A stretch of 64,000 bases of DNA from assembly GCA_965228475.1 (NCBI GenBank), contig OZ245817.1, positions 3,584,001 to 3,648,000 of the forward strand, in the 5' to 3' direction. Position 1 is the stretch's first letter, and every line of letters starts with the position of its first letter. The stretch is from Myxococcota bacterium. GTDB taxonomy: Bacteria; Myxococcota_A; UBA9160; JAFDDA01. Shown here piece after piece: positions 9,473 through 17,947 of this stretch. Under the pieces are notes generated by a model, which ran no database searches, was not told the DNA's origin, and saw only the letters and a program-made list of their open reading frames with translations. A program made the position numbers and the translations under genes.

Positions 9473-9530
9473 GAACGGCAGACCACCCGCGTTGGAGCGA
9501 CTTAGCAGGGGGATCGGTGGTCGCTTGCCC

Positions 9531-10775
9531 CTACGCCGCGCGACGCTCCGGCGTGTACTTCACCTTCATCTCGACACAGGACCGCACGAGGGCGCTCGGC
9601 CGCAGGACGGGGCCGTTCGTCGCGTAGGTCATGTCGGGGAAGCGGCGCAGCAGCTCCTCGAAGGCCACGCGCAGCTCCATGCGGGCGAGATTCGCGCCGA
9701 GGCAGAAGTGGTTGCCGAGGCCGAAGCCCACGTGCTGCGGATTGCGTTCGACGCGGAACTCGTTCGGCGCCTCGAACTGCTCGGGGTCGCGGTTGGCAGC
9801 CTTGTAGACCATCAGCACCTGCTGGCCCTTTTTAATCTGTTTGCCGCGAAGCTCCGTATCGGCCGTCGCCGTGCGCGAGAAGCTGTTCACCGGCGCGACG
9901 TAGCGCACGACCTCCTCGCAAGCGCTCGTCATGAGCGACGGGTTCTCGATCAGCTTGCGGCGCTCCTCCGGGTTCTCGATCAGGGCCTGCATGCCGCCGG
10001 CCAGGGCGTTCCGCGTCGTCTCGTTGCCGGCGACCATCAGGATCACCGAGAGCATGACGAGCTCGTTGGTGGCGTTCGCGAGATGCTCGTCGGTGTCGAG
10101 GCCCCCGACGCTCTGCTTGCCGAGATCGAAGCGCCCGAGCACGCCCTCGTCGTCGGCATTCACGAGGATGCTGATCAGGTCGTCCTTCGGTTCGGCGCGG
10201 CGGGCCTCGGCGATCTCCTTCACGAGCGTCGAGTACGCGAGGAAGGCGGCGCCGGACTTCGCCATGATCTCTGGCTTGTCCTGGTTCCCGTCGCCCGCGA
10301 TCATCGCGTCGCTCCACTGGTGGAACTCCTTCTGCTTCTCGCGGGGAATCCCGATCATCTCGGCGATCAGCAGGATCGGCAGGGGCGCGGCGACGTCGTC
10401 GACGAACTCGCACTCGCTCTGGCCGGCGATGGCGTCGAGCGTCTCCTTGGTGATGGCGCGGAACTTCTCTTCCCAGAGCTTCACCATGCGCGGCGTGAAG
10501 CCCTTGTTGATCAGGCGGCGCAGGTTCGTGTGGCGCGGCTCCGCTTCGTCGATCAGCCCGATCTTCGGCGCGTCCTTCCCGGGGCGGACGCCGAAGCCCG
10601 AGGTGAAGAGATCCTGGTTCTTCGAGACGGCGACGACGTCGGCGTACTTCGTGAGGATCCAGCACTGGGTCTTCTCGGCCCAGTAGACGGGCTCGTTCTG
10701 CTGCAGCCAGCGCAGGCGTTCGGGCATCTTTCCGTCCCAGACGAGGGAGTCCGCGTAGTCGACGTTCGGGTCCAT
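9531..10775 (-). CDS. Cytochrome P450
   Basis: AGNETT, EEVVR, FGLGNHFCLG haem-Cys motif. Confidence 0.95.
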   Translation of the reverse strand: MDPNVDYADSLVWDGKMPERLRWLQQNEPVYWAEKTQCWILTKYADVVAVSKNQDLFTSGFGVRPGKDAPKIGLIDEAEPRHTNLRRLINKGFTPRMVKLWEEKFRAITKETLDAIAGQSECEFVDDVAAPLPILLIAEMIGIPREKQKEFHQWSDAMIAGDGNQDKPEIMAKSGAAFLAYSTLVKEIAEARRAEPKDDLISILVNADDEGVLGRFDLGKQSVGGLDTDEHLANATNELVMLSVILMVAGNETTRNALAGGMQALIENPEERRKLIENPSLMTSACEEVVRYVAPVNSFSRTATADTELRGKQIKKGQQVLMVYKAANRDPEQFEAPNEFRVERNPQHVGFGLGNHFCLGANLARMELRVAFEELLRRFPDMTYATNGPVLRPSALVRSCVEMKVKYTPERRAA

Positions 10776-10777
10776 CT

Positions 10778-11452
10778 TCAACCTTGGCCTTTCGACGGGG
10801 CACCGCCCGGCAAGAGCCGGCCGACGACCTCCTGGAGGAATTGGGTCTGACGAGCCAGGGCCTCGGACGAGGTGAGATCCTCGCCGGAGAGTTCCTGGTA
10901 GAACGGCGCGATCGTGAAGTAGCCGAGCACGACGTGGTACATGGCGAGCACGAGCAGCGGGACCTGTTCCTCGGGCCAGGGCGCGCTGCCCGGGTCCGCC
11001 GCCACCATCTCGGCGGCGCGGTCGAGGGCGGTGGCGATCCAATCGCGCAGGGCCGGCGTGAGGCGCGTGCCGCCGGTGAGCGTCTCGAACTGCACGAGGC
11101 GCAGGAGGTTCGGGCGCGAGCCGAGGAGCTCGATCACCTGCTCGAGAAACTCCCGGTGCCCGGCCTCGTCCGAACGCACGCCGACGAAGCCGGCGAGCAG
11201 CTCGACCACGGGCCGGATGCCGCGCTCGAGGACGGCGGCGTAGAGCTCGTCCTTGCTCTCGAAGTGGTTGTAGAGGCTCGGCGTGCGGATGCCGACGGCT
11301 TCGGCGACGTCGCGCATGGTCGTGCCGGCAAAGCCGCGCTCGGCGAAGAGCGCCTCGGCGGCGTCGAGGATGCGCTCGGCGGTGCGCTCGCCGCGGGCGG
11401 TCCGCAGGGAGGGCTTCAGCGGCGTGACGTTGCTGGCGGCGGGGTTGGGCAA
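10778..11452 (-). CDS. TetR/AcrR family regulator
   Basis: ILDAAEALFAERGFAGTTMRDVA...SLYNHFESKDEL HTH. Confidence 0.92.
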   Translation of the reverse strand: MPNPAASNVTPLKPSLRTARGERTAERILDAAEALFAERGFAGTTMRDVAEAVGIRTPSLYNHFESKDELYAAVLERGIRPVVELLAGFVGVRSDEAGHREFLEQVIELLGSRPNLLRLVQFETLTGGTRLTPALRDWIATALDRAAEMVAADPGSAPWPEEQVPLLVLAMYHVVLGYFTIAPFYQELSGEDLTSSEALARQTQFLQEVVGRLLPGGAPSKGQG

Positions 11453-11463
11453 GGCGGCTCCGA

Positions 11464-11508
11464 GAAACTAACGAGCGCTAGTTTCGACCGAACGGCGCGG
11501 GGAGTCAA
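11464..11508 (-). promoter_or_regulatory. Promoter and operator of the tetR-P450 operon
   Basis: TTGACT (11508-11503)-17 nt-GAAACT; inverted repeat GAAACTAACG-AG-CGCTAGTTTC (11464-11485, 1 mismatch) overlaps the -10. Confidence 0.7.
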
Positions 11509-11546
11509 TCCTTTCTTTGTGCAAGTTTCGTAAAGAAGACGGATGG

Positions 11547-11975
11547 TTACAGTCGGCGCCAGCGGACCAGGGCCAGGTCGGGGGCGACCGTCTCGAAGAC
11601 CGCCTCGACCGGGGCCCCGATCTCGACCGGGCCCTCCCCCGCCCGCTCGATCCCGCCTCCGGGCGCCGCCAGGTTCCCGATCAGCCGGACCGCCGGCTCC
11701 TCGTCGAGCGCCACGGCCACCACCACGTAGGGTGCGAGCTCGGCGTATGCGGGCAGCAGCGGCGGGTGCGGCACCACGGAGGACCAGATCGTCCCGCGCC
11801 CGGAGACGGTCTTCCAACCGTGCTCGCGGTGCGGCGCGAAGGGGCTCGCCGCGCGCGGCGGAAAGAACAGCCGGCCCGTCTCCGGACAGCACGGGATGCG
11901 AAGCTCGCCCGCGAGCGCACCCTCGAAGAACGGGCGCGCGAGGTCGTCGACCGGCGGCAGCAGGAGCTCGCTCAT
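11547..11975 (-). CDS. DUF35 (Zn-ribbon/OB-fold) protein
   Basis: PFFEG...GEL.IP.C...G...FPPR, VSGRGTIWS, PYVV.V.LDE; Zn ligands partly degenerate. Confidence 0.85.
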   Translation of the reverse strand: MSELLLPPVDDLARPFFEGALAGELRIPCCPETGRLFFPPRAASPFAPHREHGWKTVSGRGTIWSSVVPHPPLLPAYAELAPYVVVAVALDEEPAVRLIGNLAAPGGGIERAGEGPVEIGAPVEAVFETVAPDLALVRWRRL

Positions 11976-12010
11976 GCCGACCTCGAGATGAGTTCGCTCA
12001 TGCGGACCTC
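11964..12010. repeat. Tandem 21-bp direct repeat of a stop/start junction
   Basis: GAGCTCGCTCATGCCGACCTC (11964-11984) and GAGTTCGCTCATGCGGACCTC (11990-12010), 2 mismatches. Confidence 0.85.
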
Positions 12011-13155
12011 AGGAGGAGCGCGCTCGTCGGGACGCCCTCCCCTCCCGTCACCAGACACGTCTGCGCACCCTCGACCTGGCTGCACGACTCGCCGCGCATC
12101 TGGCGCACGCCCTCGTTGATGAGGTTGAAGCCGTGGACGTAGGCCTCGGAGAGCCCGCCCCCGGAAGTGTTCACGGGCAGGCGTCCGCCGAGGGCGATGC
12201 CGCCGTCCTCGGTGAAGGCCGCCCCCTCGCCGCGGCCGCAGAAGCCATAGCCCTCGAGCGAGAGCAGGACGAGCGGGCTGAAGGCGTCGTAGAGCTGGGC
12301 CGTCGCGACCGCCTCCGGGCCGAAGTCCGACTGGCGGTAGAGCGCCTCGGCGCAGGCCCAGGCCGGGCCGCGCAGCGGGTCCTCGCACCAGTAGTTCACC
12401 ATCGTCTGGTGCTGGCGCGGGAGACCCTGGGCGAAGGCGTGGACGTAGACCGGGGGCTTGCGCAGGTCGCGCGCGCGTTCAGCCGAGACCACCACACAGG
12501 CGAGCGCTCCGTCGCTCTCGAGGCAGTTGTCGAAGAGGCCAAGCGGCTCGGAGATCCAGCGCGCCGCATGGTACTGCTCGCGCGAGAGCGTCTTTCCGTG
12601 CATCACGGCCCGCGGGTTGCGGTTGGCGTGGCCGCGCACGGCGAGCGCCACGTTCGCCAGGTGGTCCCGCGTGGCGCCGAACTCGTGCAGATAGCGCCGC
12701 GTCAGCAGCGCGATCTCGTCGACCGGACGCAGCAGGCCGTGCGGACGGGTGAACTGGGAGGCGGGCGTCGGCGGCGGGGGCCCGGCGGCCGCCCAGGGCC
12801 GCTGCCCCGAGCCCCGCTTGCGCGAACGCCAGGCAACCCCGACCCGGCACTGGCCGCTCGCGACCGCCATCGCGAGGTGCCCGACCGTCGCGGGCCCGGC
12901 GCCTCCGCCGTAGCCGACCTGGCTGAAGAACGTCACGTCCCCCACGCCGAGGGCGGCGGCGATCGCGACTTCGTCGCTGGTCTCCATCGTGTAGGAGGCG
13001 AGGCCGTCGACCTCGGCGGGCGCGATGCCGGCGTCGTCGAGGGCGGCGAGGATCGCGTCGAGCGCGAGGCGCGTCTCGGACGGTTCGAGGCGCTTCGCGA
13101 AGGGGGTCTCCCCGATCCCGGCGATGACCGCGGCGTCCTTCAGCACGGCCGCCAT
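11998..13155 (-). CDS. Lipid-transfer protein/thiolase-like (Ltp2-type aldolase candidate)
   Basis: AGIGET, DNCLESDG, QLYDAFS, PVNTSGGGLSEAYVHG; thiolase Cys replaced (YGGGAGP). Confidence 0.87.
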   Translation of the reverse strand: MAAVLKDAAVIAGIGETPFAKRLEPSETRLALDAILAALDDAGIAPAEVDGLASYTMETSDEVAIAAALGVGDVTFFSQVGYGGGAGPATVGHLAMAVASGQCRVGVAWRSRKRGSGQRPWAAAGPPPPTPASQFTRPHGLLRPVDEIALLTRRYLHEFGATRDHLANVALAVRGHANRNPRAVMHGKTLSREQYHAARWISEPLGLFDNCLESDGALACVVVSAERARDLRKPPVYVHAFAQGLPRQHQTMVNYWCEDPLRGPAWACAEALYRQSDFGPEAVATAQLYDAFSPLVLLSLEGYGFCGRGEGAAFTEDGGIALGGRLPVNTSGGGLSEAYVHGFNLINEGVRQMRGESCSQVEGAQTCLVTGGEGVPTSALLLRSA

Positions 13156-13173
13156 CATAGAGCCGGCCCGAAG

Positions 13174-13187
13174 TGGAACACGTTTCA
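13174..13187. promoter_or_regulatory. KstR-type operator motif TnnAACnnGTTnnA
   Basis: TGGAACACGTTTCA in the AT-rich gap between divergent ltp-like and NMO-like genes. Confidence 0.55.
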
Positions 13188-13265
13188 ATTTTGGGAATTC
13201 CGTTGTAGTCTGGCGGGCATCGGCCCCGGCCCCGGAGCGGGCTCGGCAGGCCGCGGAGACGCCCC

Positions 13266-14384
13266 ATGCGCACGGAACTCTGCGAGAAGCTCGGCCTCGA
13301 ATTCCCGATCTTCGCCTTCACCCACTGCCGCGACGTGGTCGCCGCGGTCTCGAACGCCGGCGGCATCGGCGTGCTCGGCGCCGTCGGTTTCACGCCGGAG
13401 CAGCTCGCCATCGAGCTCGACTGGATCGACGACCACACGGACAAGCCCTACGGCGTCGACATCGTGATCCCGGGGAAGTACGAGGGCCAGGGCGAACAGC
13501 TCGACGCCGAAGAGCTCGAGGCGAAGCTCAGCGCGATGATTCCCGACGAGCACCGCGAGTTCGCGTCGAAACTCCTGGCCGACCACGACGTCCCCGAGCT
13601 GCCCGAAGGCGAGAAGGCGCGCGAGCTGCTCGGCTGGACCGCCGTCACCGCCGGGCCGCAGGTCGAGCTCGCCCTGAAGCACGACAAGGTCAAGCTCATC
13701 GCGAACGCCCTCGGCACGCCGCCGGCCGAGGTCGTGAAGGAGATCCAGGCCGCCGGCCGGCTGGTCGGCGCACTCTGCGGCAGCCCGAAGCACGCCATCA
13801 CCCACAAGCAGGCAGGCCTCGACTTCATCATCGCCCAGGGCACCGAAGGCGGCGGCCACACGGGCGAGATCGGCAGCATGGTGCTCTGGCCGCAGGTGAT
13901 CGAGGCGGTGAAGCCCGTGCCGGTGCTCGCCGCGGGCGGCATCGGGAACGGCCGGCAGATGGCCGCGGCCCTCGCCATGGGATGCCAGGGCGTGTGGACC
14001 GGCTCCCTCTGGCTGACGGTGGAGGAAGCCGAGGCGTCGCCGGAGCAGAAGCAGTCCTACCTCGACGCCACGAGCCACGACGCCGTCATCTCGCGCTCCT
14101 GGACCGGCAAGACCTGCCGCATGCTGCGCAACGACTGGACCGAGGCCTGGGGGCGCGAGGACACGCCCGACCCGCTCGGCATGCCGCTGCAGTTCATGGT
14201 CACCGCCGACGCCGTCTCGCGCGTCCACCGCTACCCGGGCAAGTCCCAGCAGGTCGCGTTCAACCCGGTCGGCCAGGTCGTCGGGACCATGAACGACGTC
14301 GAGCCCGTGCGCGACGTGATCCAGCGCATGGTCGAAGAGTACGTCGACGCCGTCGATCAGCTGAACGCGCTGCTCCCGGAGTAG
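13266..14384 (+). CDS. Nitronate monooxygenase/enoyl-reductase-like flavoprotein (NMO family)
   Basis: FAFTHCRDVVAAVS.AGG.GVLG, QGTEGGGHTG, VLAAGGIG.G, GVWTGS. Confidence 0.9.
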   Translation: MRTELCEKLGLEFPIFAFTHCRDVVAAVSNAGGIGVLGAVGFTPEQLAIELDWIDDHTDKPYGVDIVIPGKYEGQGEQLDAEELEAKLSAMIPDEHREFASKLLADHDVPELPEGEKARELLGWTAVTAGPQVELALKHDKVKLIANALGTPPAEVVKEIQAAGRLVGALCGSPKHAITHKQAGLDFIIAQGTEGGGHTGEIGSMVLWPQVIEAVKPVPVLAAGGIGNGRQMAAALAMGCQGVWTGSLWLTVEEAEASPEQKQSYLDATSHDAVISRSWTGKTCRMLRNDWTEAWGREDTPDPLGMPLQFMVTADAVSRVHRYPGKSQQVAFNPVGQVVGTMNDVEPVRDVIQRMVEEYVDAVDQLNALLPE

Positions 14385-14492
14385 GGTCCACCAGACGGCA
14401 CCTCCAGGGCAGGTCCCGAGAACCGCCGACCCCCAGCGGTGTAGCTCGGGTATGGTGAACGTGCCCGGGCCACCGCGGGCTGGAGGTCCCCC

Positions 14493-15071
14493 ATGCCGTC
14501 CGATCGCTCGCCTTCCGCTGTCTCTCTGGTACTCGCCATCCTTCTCGTTCCCCTCGCCCTGCTTGCCACGGGCGCCCAGCGCGGCGCTCGCCCGGGAGCC
14601 GACGCGGCGGTCCAGGACCAGGTGCGCCACCTCGAAGCCCAGGTGCGGTCTCTCGGGAACGAGCTCGCCCAGCTGAAGAAGCTGGTGAAACAGTCGGACG
14701 TGAACGTGGCCCTCCTCCCGGACGACCAGCAGTTCGAGATCAAGGTCCGAGAAGTCATGAAGGTCGAGATCAAGAAACTCGGCATCCACGACGCCCTGTT
14801 CCAAAACCACGACGATCGGATCCGCACCAACAAGGACAAGATCGCCGCGCTGGGCGGCTCTGCATCCGCCGCGAGTGGCGACCTCGAGGCTCGGATCGAC
14901 GCCGTCGAGGCCATGGCCACGAAGACGAAGGCCGACCTGAAGAACCTGATCGACCTCCCGGGCAGCGGAGGCACGATGAAGGTCAAGATCAAGCAGCTCT
15001 TCAACGCGTACCAGAACGAGACGCTCGACTCCTACGGAGGGGGCTACTGCTTCCGGGCGCGCAGCTGCTGA
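14493..15071 (+). CDS. Hypothetical exported coiled-coil protein
   Basis: GGAGG RBS, hydrophobic N-terminus, heptad-like segments, host-like codon use, C-terminal CxxxxxC. Confidence 0.65.
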   Translation: MPSDRSPSAVSLVLAILLVPLALLATGAQRGARPGADAAVQDQVRHLEAQVRSLGNELAQLKKLVKQSDVNVALLPDDQQFEIKVREVMKVEIKKLGIHDALFQNHDDRIRTNKDKIAALGGSASAASGDLEARIDAVEAMATKTKADLKNLIDLPGSGGTMKVKIKQLFNAYQNETLDSYGGGYCFRARSC

Positions 15072-15108
15072 CGGATCCCGCCCGTGCTGGGCGGGAAGGA
15101 GGAACGAC

Positions 15109-15675
15109 GTGCGAATTGAAGCCACGCTTCGGATCCTGTTGACCGCGCTGCTGATGCTCGCTCCGTTGCAGGTCACCGCCGCATCCCACTCGGAAGCGCC
15201 CCGCATCACGGCGGTGCGCTCGGAGCTCGCGACCCGCCGCGTCGAGCTTTCGGCCCGCCGCGCGGAGCTGGCGGTGCACCTCGGCCACGCGGAGGCCAGC
15301 GATGCCGAGCGCGCAGAGATCGCCGCGGCCCAGGCGGCGGCCGACGAGCTGCTTCGGATGCTTCAGCAGGGCCGGCTGGACCGGGCACGTGCCGAGACGC
15401 TTCATGCCCAGGTCGCCGCGGCCGCGTTGGCCACCGCGGCGATTCCGTACGTGGGCCCGGTGATCGCGGCAATCCAGGCGGTGGTCGCCGCGATCGTCCG
15501 GTTGATCGCGGAGCTCGAGGCCAAGGCGCTCGAGCAGAAGGCCGCCGAGAAGGAGCAGGAGGCGGAGGACAAGGAGATAGGCGCCCGCGACCGGCCCGAG
15601 GCCCGAGCCGCCGAAACGCAGGACACGGGAGGGACGCGCCCTCTACCTGCCGCGCGAAAGATCCCGAAGCCCTGA
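15109..15675 (+). CDS. Hypothetical exported helical protein
   Basis: AGGAGG RBS before GTG; signal peptide ending VTA-A; hydrophobic AAIPYVGPVIAAIQAVVAAI segment. Confidence 0.65.
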   Translation: MRIEATLRILLTALLMLAPLQVTAASHSEAPRITAVRSELATRRVELSARRAELAVHLGHAEASDAERAEIAAAQAAADELLRMLQQGRLDRARAETLHAQVAAAALATAAIPYVGPVIAAIQAVVAAIVRLIAELEAKALEQKAAEKEQEAEDKEIGARDRPEARAAETQDTGGTRPLPAARKIPKP

Positions 15676-15724
15676 CCTCATCCGCACCCTGCTCCCCGAG
15701 TGGAGCTGTCCTACGCTCCGCGGC

Positions 15725-16768
15725 GTGGGCACGCCGGGCATCCAGGAAGAGAACGTCGCGCGGTTCCTGCGGGACAACGTCCCGGGAGCGAGCGGCCCCT
15801 TCGCCTACGAGCTGATCGCGGGCGGGCGTTCGAACCTGACCTTCCGCGTGCGCGACGGCGAGCGGACGTTCATCCTGCGCCGCCCGCCGCTCGGCCACGT
15901 CCTGCCCACGGCCCACGACATGGCGCGCGAGCACCGCGTGCTCCACGCGCTGGCCGCAACCGACGTCCCGGTGCCCCGGCCCCTCGCGCTGTGCGAAGAC
16001 ACGGCGGTGAACGACGCGGTCTTCTACGTGATGGAGGACCGCCCGGGCGTGATCCTCCAGTTCGGCGACGATGGCACGTACGCCACGGCGCCCGAAGAGC
16101 GCCGCCGCATCGGCGAAGCCCTGGCGGACACCCTGGCGAAGCTTCACGCCGTCGATCCCGGCGCCGTCGGGCTCGGCGATTTCGGCCGGCCCGAGGGCTA
16201 CGTCGAGCGCCAGGTCCGACGCTGGGCCAAGCAGTGGGAGGGGAACCGCACGGCGCCCCTACCCGAGGTCGAGGAACTCCTCGCCCGCCTCGCCCGCGCC
16301 CTGCCCGCCCACTCCGACGCCACGATCGTCCACGGCGACTACCGGCTCGGCAACATGGCCCTCGACCCGGACGACCCGGGCCGCGTGGTCGCGATCTTCG
16401 ATTGGGAGATGGCGACCCTCGGCGACCCGCTCGCCGACCTCGGCTACACGCTCATCTACTGGATCGAGGAGGGCGAGCCGGACCTCGTCGCCTCGGGCGG
16501 GATCACCGCGCGCCCGGGCTTCCCGAGCCGGGACGAGATCGTGGCGCGCTACGCGCGGGCGAGCGGCCGCAACGTCGATTCGGTGGAGTTCTACCAGGTC
16601 CTCGCCTACACCAAGCTGGCGGTGATCAGCGAAGGCATCCTGAAGCGATTCCAGATGGGCAAGACGGTGGGCGACGCCTTCGCGGACCGGCGCGCGCCCG
16701 CGCTCGCGGAGCTCGCCCTCGCCATCGCGGACGGCGCCGACGACCCGCGCCTCCGGGGGGCCCGCTAG
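15725..16768 (+). CDS. APH-family phosphotransferase (ACAD10/11 N-terminal-like)
   Basis: GGRSNLT, LRRPP..HVLPTAHDMARE, HGDYRLGN, DWEMATLGDPLADLG. Confidence 0.92.
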   Translation: MGTPGIQEENVARFLRDNVPGASGPFAYELIAGGRSNLTFRVRDGERTFILRRPPLGHVLPTAHDMAREHRVLHALAATDVPVPRPLALCEDTAVNDAVFYVMEDRPGVILQFGDDGTYATAPEERRRIGEALADTLAKLHAVDPGAVGLGDFGRPEGYVERQVRRWAKQWEGNRTAPLPEVEELLARLARALPAHSDATIVHGDYRLGNMALDPDDPGRVVAIFDWEMATLGDPLADLGYTLIYWIEEGEPDLVASGGITARPGFPSRDEIVARYARASGRNVDSVEFYQVLAYTKLAVISEGILKRFQMGKTVGDAFADRRAPALAELALAIADGADDPRLRGAR

Positions 16769-17883
16769 TGCGCACCCGCCTCCTCGCCGTCACCTGCGTC
16801 GCCTTCGCAACGGCCTGCGCCTCCATGCTCGCGCCCCCGCCCGAACCCGGCCCCGTCGAAGACGCGGAGCGCGAACGCGCCCTGCGCAACGCCAGCGCCA
16901 GCCGCCCCGTCGACGCGACGAAGCTCGACCTGCGCGCCGGCCCGCCGGGTACGCGGGACGCCGACGAGCCCCTCGAGTGCACCTTCGTCGTCCCGACCAC
17001 GACGCCGGGCGGGAACACGCCGAAGTTCCTCTGCCGCGAGGAAGACGGCAACGTCGTCAAGGTGAAGTACGGCCCGGACAACATGGAGGTCCACGCCGAG
17101 ATCTTCGGGAGCCGCCTGCTCTGGGCGCTCGGCTTCTACAGCGACCGGATCGACCCGGTGCGCGTCGAGTGCCGCGGCTGCCCCGAGGACCCCTGGGACT
17201 TCCTGAAGAGCCTCGATCCCGCCAACCCGCGCCCCGCGCCCCGTGCCGACGTGGTGCGAACCTTCGAGCCGGCCATCCTCGAGAGCTACTACGGCCGGCG
17301 CATCCAGGGCCATTCCGGCCAAGGCGTCCCCTGGCCGTGGCTGCTCGCGACGCGTTCCCCCGACCCGGCGCGCGCCGAAGCCCAGCGGATCGAGCGCGAA
17401 GCGCTGACGCTCCTCGCCGCGTTCCTCGGCCACGGCGACAGCAAGGAGCAGAATCAGACGCTCGCGTGCGCGCCCGGCGGCGGACCGATCCACGCCTGCC
17501 AGGAGCCCGTCGTCTACATCGGCGACCTCGGCGCGATCCTCGGGCGCGGCTTCTTCGTGATCACCTCGAAGGTCGACATCGAGGATTGGACCCGCAACCC
17601 GGTCTGGCGCGACGCGAACGCCTGCGTCGCGCGCTTCGATGCGCACCCCGTCGGGACGCTGCGCGACACGCCGGTCTCCGAGCCGGCGCGGGCGCTCCTG
17701 GCCGAGCGACTCGGCGCGCTCACGCGGAAGCAGATCCGCACGCTCTTCGACGTCGCAGGGCTCGACGGGGTGGGCGGCGAGGTCGAGGACCCGGACGGTA
17801 CGGCGCGGCCGCCGCGCACCACCGACTGGATGCGGGCCTTCGAGGCGCGGCGGCGCCAGATCACCGAGCACCGCTGCCCCTAG
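16768..17883 (+). CDS. Lipoprotein with atypical protein-kinase-like motifs
   Basis: GTG overlaps upstream TAG; ATAC lipobox; GGNTPKF, VKVKY, EVHAE, HGDSKEQN, DLG. Confidence 0.7.
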   Translation: MRTRLLAVTCVAFATACASMLAPPPEPGPVEDAERERALRNASASRPVDATKLDLRAGPPGTRDADEPLECTFVVPTTTPGGNTPKFLCREEDGNVVKVKYGPDNMEVHAEIFGSRLLWALGFYSDRIDPVRVECRGCPEDPWDFLKSLDPANPRPAPRADVVRTFEPAILESYYGRRIQGHSGQGVPWPWLLATRSPDPARAEAQRIEREALTLLAAFLGHGDSKEQNQTLACAPGGGPIHACQEPVVYIGDLGAILGRGFFVITSKVDIEDWTRNPVWRDANACVARFDAHPVGTLRDTPVSEPARALLAERLGALTRKQIRTLFDVAGLDGVGGEVEDPDGTARPPRTTDWMRAFEARRRQITEHRCP

Positions 17884-17911
17884 GCGTGAGAGAGGGCCCC
17901 GGGGCCGTTTC

Positions 17912-17943
17912 TTGACCGCGCGTTCAGGCATCCCTTATAAGGG
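17912..17943 (+). promoter_or_regulatory. Sigma70-like promoter with a palindrome over the -10
   Basis: TTGACC (17912-17917), TATAAG (17936-17941), perfect palindrome CCCTTATAAGGG (17932-17943); ATG 6 nt downstream, no RBS. Confidence 0.65.
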
Positions 17944-17947
17944 TTGA

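Larger units (their letters stand above)
6809..9535. mobile_element. Compositionally atypical islet (probably horizontally acquired) with a 3-gene operon; no mobility gene
   Basis: Many more A/T-ending codons than flanks, AT-rich promoter region, CCTACG at both edges. Confidence 0.6.

Noticed and set aside
6809..9535. Islet as a prophage, IS or integron cassette
   Set aside because: No integrase or transposase, terminal inverted repeats, attC-like site or tRNA target seen
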